A stretch of 32,000 nucleotides of DNA from Thermococcus kodakarensis KOD1. Lineage in GTDB: Archaea; Methanobacteriota_B; Thermococci; Thermococcales; Thermococcaceae. The DNA lies in contig NC_006624.1 in assembly GCF_000009965.1 (NCBI RefSeq), positions 510,001 through 542,000 on the forward strand, read 5' to 3'. Below are positions 20,676 to 29,310 of this stretch, piece by piece (the stretch's first letter is position 1; each line of letters starts with the position of its first letter). The translations under genes and the position numbers were made by a program. The notes below the pieces were generated by a model. The model made no database searches, was not told the origin of the DNA, and worked only from the letters and a program-made list of their open reading frames with translations.

Positions 20676-22153
20676 TAGCGGTTCTGGTAGCCCTTCCGCT
20701 TCTCTTCGCGTTCCTCACTGCGCTCACAATACCCTTAAGAACGGAGAAGTACGCGAGGTACTTTTTCCTGGCAGGTGCGCTGTTTCCATGGTTGGTCTAC
20801 CTTCTCGTAGGGGAAAGAAGCGAGGTTGTGGGTGGCTGGCCGAGGATGGGTGGAATAGAGGTCGCGCTCGATACCTACAACTCCCTGTTAGTACTGGGTG
20901 AGTTAATCCTCTTCTCCGCCGTTGCCTTGTACTCCATTGACTACTTCAAAAAAGACGTAAAGCCCCTTGTACTGCTCCTCCTAGTTCACGCCGGCCTCCT
21001 CGGAGCTTTCATAAGCAGGGATCTCTTCAACTTCTACATTTTCATGGAAATAGCATCGGTCTCGGCTTTTGCCCTAGTGGGCTTCTCTGGAAGAAAAGAC
21101 GCACTCAAGGCGGCTTACAAGTACCTCATGCTCTCGCTCCTTGCCTCATACTTCTTCGTGTTCTCCATAGGGATTATCTACCTCAAAACGGGCTACCTGA
21201 ATCTTGAACTGATTTCCAAGTCTCCTCTCTCCCCCGAAGTGGAGGCTGCCGTCGCAGTTGCGTTCACTTCGCTCCTCCTCAAGGCCGGAATCTTCCCGCT
21301 CCACCTCTGGCTCCCCGATGCCCATGCCAACGCTCCCTCTCCAGTTTCGGCGCTCCTCTCTGGGGCAGTTGTCAAGGCCCCTGCTTACGGCATGGTGCTC
21401 CTCTCGCTTCACTTTCCGTTTAGCGGGGTTCTCAGGACGGTTCTACTCGGCACGGCCTTCGCCTCCATGCTCTTTGGAGTGGCCTTAGCCCTCATGCAAA
21501 AGGACATCAAGAGGCTCCTCGCTTACCATACCGTCAGCCAGATGGGCTACGTCCTCCTCGGGATAGCCACGCTTAACCCATTAGGCGCTGTCTATTACGC
21601 CTTCGCCCACATGCTCTTCAAGGGTGGCCTCTTCCTCTCCGCCGGGGCCATGGTGGACAAAGCCGGAACGAGGGAGCTTGATAAGCTTTCCTACAGGGGC
21701 GACCCCCTCCTGATGACCTCAGTCCTTATGCTCAGCCTTGCGATAGGCGGAATATGGCCCTTTGTCGGCTCTCCGGCGAAGGCTGCCCTTCTTAAGGGAC
21801 TACCCTATGGCAGGGAACTGTTTTACGCAGCTGGTCTGGGAACTCTAACATCGTTCACAAAGCTCAATTACTACCTGATGAAGGGGAAGGGAGGACAGCA
21901 CGGCTTTACAGTGCTTCCGTCGTTTATGATGGCGCTCACCGCATTCTTCGCAGGTATTTCACTCGGAGGCTCCCCAAAGGCAATGGATGCCTATCTGCTC
22001 CTGGGAGGGGTGGCGCTCTTCATGTTGCTCAAAAAGAGCGGCCTGCTTGGAGTAAAGCTCCCAAGGACGGAGATAACGCCGAAAGAGATAAACGTTGGCG
22101 CCGTCATTTTCGCCATCTTCCTTCTCCTGTTACTCCACCTCTCTCAGGGTTAG
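20666..22153 (+). CDS. mrpD: Mrp/Mnh antiporter subunit D (NuoN/NuoL-like proton-conducting subunit, MbhH-like)
   Basis: 495 aa, ~14 TM segments, with motifs FPLHLWLPDAHANAPSPVSALLSG and LLAYHTVSQMGYV. Confidence 0.9.
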   Translation: MDLIAVLVALPLLFAFLTALTIPLRTEKYARYFFLAGALFPWLVYLLVGERSEVVGGWPRMGGIEVALDTYNSLLVLGELILFSAVALYSIDYFKKDVKPLVLLLLVHAGLLGAFISRDLFNFYIFMEIASVSAFALVGFSGRKDALKAAYKYLMLSLLASYFFVFSIGIIYLKTGYLNLELISKSPLSPEVEAAVAVAFTSLLLKAGIFPLHLWLPDAHANAPSPVSALLSGAVVKAPAYGMVLLSLHFPFSGVLRTVLLGTAFASMLFGVALALMQKDIKRLLAYHTVSQMGYVLLGIATLNPLGAVYYAFAHMLFKGGLFLSAGAMVDKAGTRELDKLSYRGDPLLMTSVLMLSLAIGGIWPFVGSPAKAALLKGLPYGRELFYAAGLGTLTSFTKLNYYLMKGKGGQHGFTVLPSFMMALTAFFAGISLGGSPKAMDAYLLLGGVALFMLLKKSGLLGVKLPRTEITPKEINVGAVIFAIFLLLLLHLSQG

Positions 22154-22537
22154 CTCCTTGACTTCCTTCAGACCCATGAGGGCCCTTTTAAGCTCCTCAA
22201 GTGAAATCCTGCTCCCGCTGACGTCCACTATCGCGACTATCGCCGCGAGGCCCAGCTCGGACAGCTCCTCGCTCTCGTTGAAGAGGATGTTTATCCCGTG
22301 CTTTCCAAAGAGCCCGCTGATCTTGGCCAGAACTCCGGGCCTGTCCTCCACTACAAGCTCGACCTCAACGAGCTTCTTTCCCGGAAGGGCTATCCTCTCA
22401 AGATGGGCCTCCTTAAGGTCAGTGTCAATCTCAACAAGGAAGTATGCTCCCCTAACGAGTCCGAGTTCATAGGCAAGCTCAAGGGGAATCTCAATTTTTC
22501 CATCTTCCTTGACTTTTACAAGCTCGTAGTGCCTCAT
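22130..22537 (-). CDS. AbrB/SpoVT-like DNA-binding domain fused to an ACT domain
   Basis: The N-terminal VKVKEDGKIEIPLELAYELGLVRGAYFLVEI has the swapped-hairpin pattern. The C-terminal VVEDRPGVLAKISGLFGKHGINI has the ACT pattern. The 3' end overlaps mrpD by 24 nt. Confidence 0.8.
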   Translation of the reverse strand: MRHYELVKVKEDGKIEIPLELAYELGLVRGAYFLVEIDTDLKEAHLERIALPGKKLVEVELVVEDRPGVLAKISGLFGKHGINILFNESEELSELGLAAIVAIVDVSGSRISLEELKRALMGLKEVKELTLREVE

Positions 22538-22621
22538 ATTTGTCCCTCACTTTGTCTCCTAAAAAAGTTTGGCATCTCAAAATATTTAAAGGGAGGAAGC
22601 TAAAGCTTTTGGGGATGCGTC

Positions 22622-23761
22622 GTGGCATTCGACGTCATAGGCTACGTCTTCATAATAATCGCAGTTGCAAGGATTTTCGCCGAGGTCTTTGAGAGAATAG
22701 GCTATCCCGGCTTTCTCGGCGAGATTACGGCGGGTTTGATGCTCGGTGTCTTCCTCCATGATCTTCCCAGAGAAGACCTCACCCTAATGGCCGAGTTCGG
22801 CGTGTTCTTTCTCATGATGTACGCTGGGCTGGAGCTGACTCCTGAAGAAGTCCGCATCGGCGGGAAGAAAAGCCTCCCCATCTATGTGATCACGCTCGTC
22901 GTCATGTTCTTTCTCACCCTACCATTCACGGGTTACAGGATAGGAACGGACAACTTTATCGTAGCGTCTATTCTAGCCGTCGCTTCGGCGCCAATAGTCA
23001 TACGCCTTACTAGGTTCTTCGGCCAGGAGTTCCTCCACATAGCCCTCTCCTACGCAGTTATAAGCGAGGTGGGTACCCTTGTAATCCTCTACATCCTCAT
23101 AAACTTCGAGCTCCACCACCTCAGCTACTTTGAGCTCTTCCTTGAACTGCTTAAGGATGCGGTCTTCCTGACGATTGTTCTCGGCCTGAACTACGTGATC
23201 GGGATAAAACAGAGGCTCAGAATAATCCGGGCCCTCCGGAGGCTCCAGAGCGACGAGGCCGTTTTTGGCATGGTGATGATTTTGGCAACTTCCCTGGCCC
23301 TGATCAGCGAGGAGCTCGGGCTACACTTCAGCATAGGAGCCTTTCTGGTTGGACTCATGCTCCACAGCGACCTTCTTGGCACCAAGCAGTATGAGAGAGT
23401 GCACACAATAATATCGGGCGTGACCTACGGCATCTTTGCCCCCATATTCTTCGCATGGAGGGGAATAAACTTCGAGACCGAGTTTTCGCTTGAGGTTGTG
23501 TACTTCTTCCTAGTGATCTACCTCGTGAGGATACTCCTCACAACCGTCTTGGTCTGGGAGAAGGACTTAAAGGTTTCCCTGACGAGGGCTGCGGGCATTT
23601 CTAGCTTCGGCGTCCTCGGCCTGCTCGTTGGTGAGGTTGGCTATTCCTACGGCGTGCTTAGTGAGCACATGTATGCTCTGGCCTCGCTCGCCAGCGTTTT
23701 GGGCATATTCGTGTCCGCGAGCATCGGCCTCATACTTTCCAAGCTCTCTTCGAGTGGGTAG
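22622..23761 (+). CDS. Cation/proton antiporter of the CPA2 (Na+/H+ exchanger) family, GTG start
   Basis: N-terminus IIIAVARIFAEVFERIGYPGFLGEITAGLMLG, ~11 TM segments. Confidence 0.85.
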   Translation: MAFDVIGYVFIIIAVARIFAEVFERIGYPGFLGEITAGLMLGVFLHDLPREDLTLMAEFGVFFLMMYAGLELTPEEVRIGGKKSLPIYVITLVVMFFLTLPFTGYRIGTDNFIVASILAVASAPIVIRLTRFFGQEFLHIALSYAVISEVGTLVILYILINFELHHLSYFELFLELLKDAVFLTIVLGLNYVIGIKQRLRIIRALRRLQSDEAVFGMVMILATSLALISEELGLHFSIGAFLVGLMLHSDLLGTKQYERVHTIISGVTYGIFAPIFFAWRGINFETEFSLEVVYFFLVIYLVRILLTTVLVWEKDLKVSLTRAAGISSFGVLGLLVGEVGYSYGVLSEHMYALASLASVLGIFVSASIGLILSKLSSSG

Positions 23762-23825
23762 GCGGAGATTCGAGCAACACTTAAATAGTTTGTGAGTGTA
23801 CTTATTTCGCCGGGGGCGCGCTAAA

Positions 23826-24923
23826 ATGGACTACACTAGCATCATAGCCGCTGGAATCGCAATTGGTGCATCGGCCTTTGCAGTTTACTATTCCCACGAT
23901 ACAAGTGAAAAGGTCAAGAACAGGCTCTTCGAACTTAAAAAGGAAGCAGACTCTCTCGGCGAGAATTTTGAGTCCCTTAAGAAACAGTTACTTGAGAAAA
24001 TAAACGAACTTGAGAGAAAATCAACGACCCCGCAGGCCCCTTCTGAAGTTGATTACGATAGGATATCCCGCCTCTCGGAGCGTGTATCAAAGCTGGAGTC
24101 CCTCTTTAAGGAGAAGCTCAAAAGTCTGGAAAAGACCAACGTCCAGCTTGAATACGAGTTGGGTTCTCTCAAGAAGCGACTGGATGAAGTTGAGAGGGAA
24201 GTTAGTGAAGTTTCAGAATCTTTCCTGAGTTCAAGGGAGGAGATTAAGGAGGAGCTCAAGAGGGAGCTTTTAGCCGAGGTTGAGGAGGAGATCGAGCGGC
24301 TTGAAGAGCTGATAGAACGGAGAAAGGAGGAGGAAGTTGAGGAGTTCCTGGACATGCTGAAAACAGCAGTCACGATGAACCCCGAGAAGATAAGCGCGGG
24401 CCTCCTTGAGGCAAAGAGGGCGCTTCTCTCACTGCGAGACATAGCCAAGGTCTACGTTCTGACCGGAAAGGGCAGAGACGAGTTTCTGGCCCTCAAGGAG
24501 AACCTGCTTGGCCTCCTCAAAAACCTGCGCAAGCTGGTTATAGTTTCGGTCCCTGATGAGAACATTTACTCCAAGTTCAGGGACATCATAATTGAAGTAA
24601 AGCGCCTAGACCTTCCCATGAAGGATGAGAAAAGTGGTAAAGAGCTGAATCCCGAGAGGAGCTTCATAGAGATCCACAAGCTTGTTTATGCGCTAGCGGG
24701 CGGAATAGACGAGATAGCCAGCATGATAAACGAGCCCGTCCCAGTAACTCCAGTTGAGAAGGAATTCTATGAGAAGCTCCGCTATCAGTTCGAAGAGTTG
24801 AGAAAGCTCGAAAAGCAGGTCGAAATGCTCATGGCAAGACTGGGGGAAAAACTTCCAGAGGCATCAGCAGAAAAAGACGAGAGAAGGGAAATAGAGGATC
24901 TCCTGAGAGACTTGGGTGTGTGA
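23826..24923 (+). CDS. N-terminally anchored long coiled-coil protein, 365 aa, unknown function
   Basis: I prefer ATG 23826 (MDYTSIIAAGIAIGASAFAVYY), about 38 nt after TTAAATAG. The rest is E/K/L-rich with heptad character. Confidence 0.7.
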   Translation: MDYTSIIAAGIAIGASAFAVYYSHDTSEKVKNRLFELKKEADSLGENFESLKKQLLEKINELERKSTTPQAPSEVDYDRISRLSERVSKLESLFKEKLKSLEKTNVQLEYELGSLKKRLDEVEREVSEVSESFLSSREEIKEELKRELLAEVEEEIERLEELIERRKEEEVEEFLDMLKTAVTMNPEKISAGLLEAKRALLSLRDIAKVYVLTGKGRDEFLALKENLLGLLKNLRKLVIVSVPDENIYSKFRDIIIEVKRLDLPMKDEKSGKELNPERSFIEIHKLVYALAGGIDEIASMINEPVPVTPVEKEFYEKLRYQFEELRKLEKQVEMLMARLGEKLPEASAEKDERREIEDLLRDLGV

Positions 24924-25370
24924 TCACCATTCCTCCCCGAGGAGCTTGTCCAGGTCAACCATTATCAGCAATCTTTCGCCGTTGTTTATCTTCGCTATGC
25001 CCTTTATGAACCGGGTGTCCATTCTCGATGCGAGAGTCTTTGGCGTCGGCTCGATCTGATCCTCCGTGAGCGTGACAACGTCCGAAACTGCATCCACGAT
25101 TATGCCTACTATTTCTCCCTTGACCTCTGCTATGATGATCTTCTTGTTGCTTAGATCTTCATCGTCGTAGTAGCCTAGTTTCTTCTTGAGGTTCACGACC
25201 GTGGTTATCTGGCCGCGGAGGTTGATAACGCCCTCGACGTAGTCGGGAGCGTTGGGGACTCTTGTTATGGGCATCATTTCCTTTATTTCCCGAACCTTGG
25301 ATATCTCGAGGCAGAATTCCTCGTTCCCGACCCTGAAGGCAACGACCTGGATCTCGGACATTTCAATCAC
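24924..25370 (-). CDS. cheW: Chemotaxis coupling protein CheW
   Basis: Single CheW domain: VVAFRVGNEEFCLEISKVREI ... VINLRGQITTVVNL. Confidence 0.92.
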   Translation of the reverse strand: MIEMSEIQVVAFRVGNEEFCLEISKVREIKEMMPITRVPNAPDYVEGVINLRGQITTVVNLKKKLGYYDDEDLSNKKIIIAEVKGEIVGIIVDAVSDVVTLTEDQIEPTPKTLASRMDTRFIKGIAKINNGERLLIMVDLDKLLGEEW

Positions 25371-25372
25371 CT

Positions 25373-26701
25373 TTACACCTTAATATTGGACAGCGTGCCT
25401 ATAAGGTTACCTATTTTTGAGATGAGGCTTCCGAGACCGCTCTTTAGGGATCTGACATTGTCCATCACTGTACTTAATTCCTCCACGACTCTCTGGGACT
25501 GCTCAACAACCTCAGAGTTCTGGGCGGATATATAATCGACTGTGCTGACGAGGCCCTGTACTGAGCTGGCCTGCTGATCGATTCCGTTGGATATCTCGTT
25601 CATCATCGATGCTATCTCGTTAGCCCTCCTCGCTATGTCGTCGAAGGCAGCGATTAACTCCTGTATCGATTCGGCAACTTCCTGGGTTGCTTCGGTATTC
25701 TCGTGTATCGAGTTCACGACCTTGCCAACGCTTTCCTGCATCTCCTTGATCAGGTCTCCTATCTGTTTGGCCGAGTTCCTTGACTGCTCGGCCAGCTCAC
25801 GGACGCTGTCTGCAACGACCGCGAATCCCCTTCCCTGCTCCCCTGCTCTGGCAGCTTCAATCGCAGCGTTAAGGGCCAGCAGATTTGTCTGCTCTGCTAT
25901 GTCCGTTATGACGTCGACTATCTGGCCTATCTTCTCCGAGTAGTCAGACAGTATGGCAACGGCCTTCTCCATTTCCTTACTGACGTTGTTTATCTTCTCA
26001 ACTTTGAGGGCTGCCTCGTCTGATATCTCCTTGCCTTTCTCAGCCGCGTTAGCAGACTCAACGGTGAACTCGGCAACCTGCTGACTCTGCGTGCTTATCT
26101 CTTCTATTGCCGCGGAGAGAGCCTGTATGTGGTCGTTGAGTTCGGCCATTTTGACACTCTGATCTTCGAGGCGGTTTATAAGGTCCGTTAGCGTTTCGTA
26201 TATGTTCTCTAGTTCCTCTAGTGAATATGTGCCATCCTGTATCTCTTTCATTGCGTCTTGGAGCTCATGAAGGGTTTTCTGTATTTCGCTCATAAGTTCC
26301 TTCCATTTCGTCTTAACGTCCGAGTACACCTTTAGGAGGCCGGAAGTCGATGGAACTGGAGCACTTAGATCGCCCTGAAGGACTCTGTTTAGATCCTGTA
26401 TTAGAATCGTCGTGTCTTCCCCAGCCCGGGGCTTAAGCTTGAGGAGATAATCCCTAACGTCGGCCAGTTCTGGAGGTATGCGGACGTCTTCTCCCCTGCT
26501 CATTCTCCTGAGAATCTCTTTCAGCCGCATATACTTGCCAGAAGCGCTGGCTCTTGAATCAACGTACCATGCTACCAATGCTCCTGCCCCGATTCCCCCA
26601 ATGAGACCCAGTGCCGTTTGGCCTGAGTATGCGAGCGCCCCCGTAAGTATTGGCGGAATAGTGATGAGACCCAACGTTGTGGCTTTCATCCCCACCACCA
26701 T
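25373..26701 (-). CDS. Methyl-accepting chemotaxis protein with an N-terminal TM hairpin and no periplasmic domain
   Basis: Signalling-domain core [37 protein letters not shown]. An alternative start ATG 26689 is preceded by GGTGGTGGGG. Confidence 0.92.
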   Translation of the reverse strand: MVVGMKATTLGLITIPPILTGALAYSGQTALGLIGGIGAGALVAWYVDSRASASGKYMRLKEILRRMSRGEDVRIPPELADVRDYLLKLKPRAGEDTTILIQDLNRVLQGDLSAPVPSTSGLLKVYSDVKTKWKELMSEIQKTLHELQDAMKEIQDGTYSLEELENIYETLTDLINRLEDQSVKMAELNDHIQALSAAIEEISTQSQQVAEFTVESANAAEKGKEISDEAALKVEKINNVSKEMEKAVAILSDYSEKIGQIVDVITDIAEQTNLLALNAAIEAARAGEQGRGFAVVADSVRELAEQSRNSAKQIGDLIKEMQESVGKVVNSIHENTEATQEVAESIQELIAAFDDIARRANEIASMMNEISNGIDQQASSVQGLVSTVDYISAQNSEVVEQSQRVVEELSTVMDNVRSLKSGLGSLISKIGNLIGTLSNIKV

Positions 26702-27004
26702 TTTTGGATGTTATCCAATCAGTGTTCTTTCCCGTACATGCCCAACTAACAGCACTGATCAGCCCGAAGTGCTACTAACTTATTCAACTTTACGATATAA
26801 AAGGTTTTCGACCTTTATTTCGTACTAATTGTTTGAAATTTTTCCCAGTATCCTCTTGGTAAGAGCATGCATATGCACCTACATAAACACATACACATAA
26901 TAATTTTTTAATGGAAGTGCCATAAACTATGAATAGGATTCAACGCGAAATACATTTGTTTTAAATTGGGGCCCACCTAGAGCAAAATCAGAACTGCAAA
27001 AGCG

Positions 27005-27853
27005 GTGGTTTGCGTGAACGAAATTAAAGATCGGGGATATCAGCTAATAAAGCAGGAACTGTTTCGGTATCTGAATGCCGACAGTAACGCCTACAAGGAC
27101 TCATACCTACTTCGGAGAATACGCGCCAGAATGAGGAAGCTCGGCATAACGGACTTCATGGAGTACTACAGGATAATAAAGAAAAACAAGCAGGAGCTTG
27201 ACGACCTCCTTCTAACCGTTGCAATAAACGTTACCGAGTTCTTCAGAGATCCAGTAGTCTGGAAGACCCTTGAAAGGAAGGTTCTCCCAGAATTAATTGA
27301 ATACAAGCGCAAGCACTACGATACCACGATAAGAATATGGAGTGCGGCATGCTCAACCGGCCAGGAGCCATACTCAATAGCCATGCTCTTCAGCGAATTC
27401 CTGGGGGATGATCTCAAAAGATACAGGCTCAAAATACTTGCCACCGACATTGACAGGGAAGCATTAAACACTGCCATCAGGGGTGCTTATCCCAAAGAGA
27501 TCGTCGAGAAAAGCGTTCCAAAGCCGCTGATAAAGAAATACTTCCTCCCTATGGGAGATCACTACCGCATTTCTCCTCAGATACGGAGATACGTTGAGTT
27601 CAGACATTTCAACCTCCTCTCAGACAGATACCCTACGGGCTTTGACATGATATTCATTAGAAACGTTCTCATATACATGACCAAGGAGGCCCAAGAGGAA
27701 GTCTTCAAAAAGCTGTACAATTCGCTTGAGGATCACGGTTATCTCGTACTCGGTAAAACCGAAACGATTCTGGGCAGTGCCGCCCGGCTGTTTAAACTCT
27801 ATGACCTGGTCGCTCGTATCTATGTGAAAAGGAAAAACGTGGAGGTGAAGTGA
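27005..27853 (+). CDS. cheR: Chemotaxis methyltransferase CheR
   Basis: SAM-binding pattern IRIWSAACSTGQEPYSIAM and IFIRNVLIYM. Confidence 0.92.
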   Translation: MVCVNEIKDRGYQLIKQELFRYLNADSNAYKDSYLLRRIRARMRKLGITDFMEYYRIIKKNKQELDDLLLTVAINVTEFFRDPVVWKTLERKVLPELIEYKRKHYDTTIRIWSAACSTGQEPYSIAMLFSEFLGDDLKRYRLKILATDIDREALNTAIRGAYPKEIVEKSVPKPLIKKYFLPMGDHYRISPQIRRYVEFRHFNLLSDRYPTGFDMIFIRNVLIYMTKEAQEEVFKKLYNSLEDHGYLVLGKTETILGSAARLFKLYDLVARIYVKRKNVEVK

Positions 27854-28216
27854 ATGGCACGCGTGCTTGTTGTTGACGATGCCGCGTTTATGCGGATGCT
27901 GGTTAAGAAGATACTGACTCAGGCCGGCCACCAGGTGGTTGGGGAGGCAAGCAACGGAAAGGAGGCGGTTGAGAAATACAAACAGCTGAAGCCTGATCTG
28001 GTGACTATGGACATAGTCATGCCCGAAATGGACGGAATTACCGCGGTCAAAGAGATCATGAAGATAGATCCGAACGCCAAGATCATCATGATCACCGCCG
28101 TCGGTCAGGAGGCAAAGGTCATGGAAGCCCTCAAGAGTGGAGCCAAGGGCTACATCGTTAAACCGTTCCAGGCTCCGAAGGTGATAGAGGAAGTGAACAG
28201 GGTTCTCTCCTCTTAA
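27854..28216 (+). CDS. cheY: Chemotaxis response regulator CheY
   Basis: Receiver domain with VLVVDDAAFMR, DLVTMDIVMPEMDG and YIVKPF. Confidence 0.95.
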   Translation: MARVLVVDDAAFMRMLVKKILTQAGHQVVGEASNGKEAVEKYKQLKPDLVTMDIVMPEMDGITAVKEIMKIDPNAKIIMITAVGQEAKVMEALKSGAKGYIVKPFQAPKVIEEVNRVLSS

Positions 28217-28236
28217 CTTTCATTTAGGGTGGTACT

Positions 28237-29304
28237 ATGCCGCTCAGCAAAAAGATACGGGTGATGGTGGTAGATGATTCGGCGTTTATGAGGCGGATAC
28301 TTAGGGATATCTTGGAATCTGATCCCGACATCGAGGTCTGCTGTGAGGCTCGTGATGGAATCGAGGCCATTGAGAAGGTCAAAACCGAGAAACCGGATGT
28401 GATAACCCTCGATATCGAAATGCCTAGGATGAACGGTCTCGATGCTCTCAAGTTCATAATGAGCAAGTATCCCACACCGGTAATCATGGTGAGCGCCCTC
28501 ACGCAGGAGGGTGCCGAGGCAACGATAAAGGCGCTCGAATATGGTGCCATAGACTTCATTCCCAAGCCGTCATCATCGATCTCGATAAACATGCGTGAAC
28601 TTAGGGACGAGATTATCGCCAAAGTGAAAGAAGCGGCAAAAGTGCCCAGAAGGTTTCTCCAGCTCCGGCGCAGGAGAGTATTGTCGGAGCAGCTGAAAAA
28701 GGCAAAGAAGGTTGGAGAACCCGCCAGAAGGGCGGTTGCGATAGCGGCTTCCACAGGTGGCCCCCAGTCCCTTCTTAAGGTGTTTGAAAAGCTTCCCGGC
28801 GAGCTCGACGCCGCGATACTTCTCGTTCAGCACATGCCCCCAGGTTTTACCAGATCCTTCGCTGCTAGGCTCGACAGAATTTCAAAACTGAACGTCAAAG
28901 AGGCCGAAGATGGTGAGGTGGTGAACAAGGACTGGGCCTACGTTGCTCCTGGTGATTATCACATGGAGGTAACCCTGAGGAACGGAAAGCCCACGATAAA
29001 GCTCTACAAGGGCCCAAAAATTCACGGCGTAAGACCAGCAGCCGATCCGATGATGAAGAGCGTTGCGGAGGTCTTTGGGCGAAGAACAGTCGGCGTCGTT
29101 ATGACTGGAATGGGAAGGGACGGTGCGGAGGGAATAGTTGCAATCAAGAGGAAAGGCGGCATCACGATAGCCCAGGACAAGGAGACGTCGATAATCTACG
29201 GAATGCCCAAGGCCGCGGCTGAGACCGGCATGGTGGACTACATTGTGCCGCTTGATAAAATCGCCGACACCATAGTGATGGCCCTCAGGAAGATACCGAG
29301 GTGA
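28237..29304 (+). CDS. cheB: Chemotaxis methylesterase/deamidase CheB (receiver plus esterase)
   Basis: N-terminal receiver ([25 protein letters not shown]). The esterase domain has [19 protein letters not shown] and GMGRDGAEG. Confidence 0.95.
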
Positions 29305-29310
29305 GGATTT

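Noticed and set aside
24053-24448. A 131-aa Ser-rich minus-strand ORF.
   Set aside because: It is antisense to the E/K-rich coiled-coil gene, where GAA/GAG/AAG codons read as TTC/CTC/CTT on the other strand. It is a compositional artefact.
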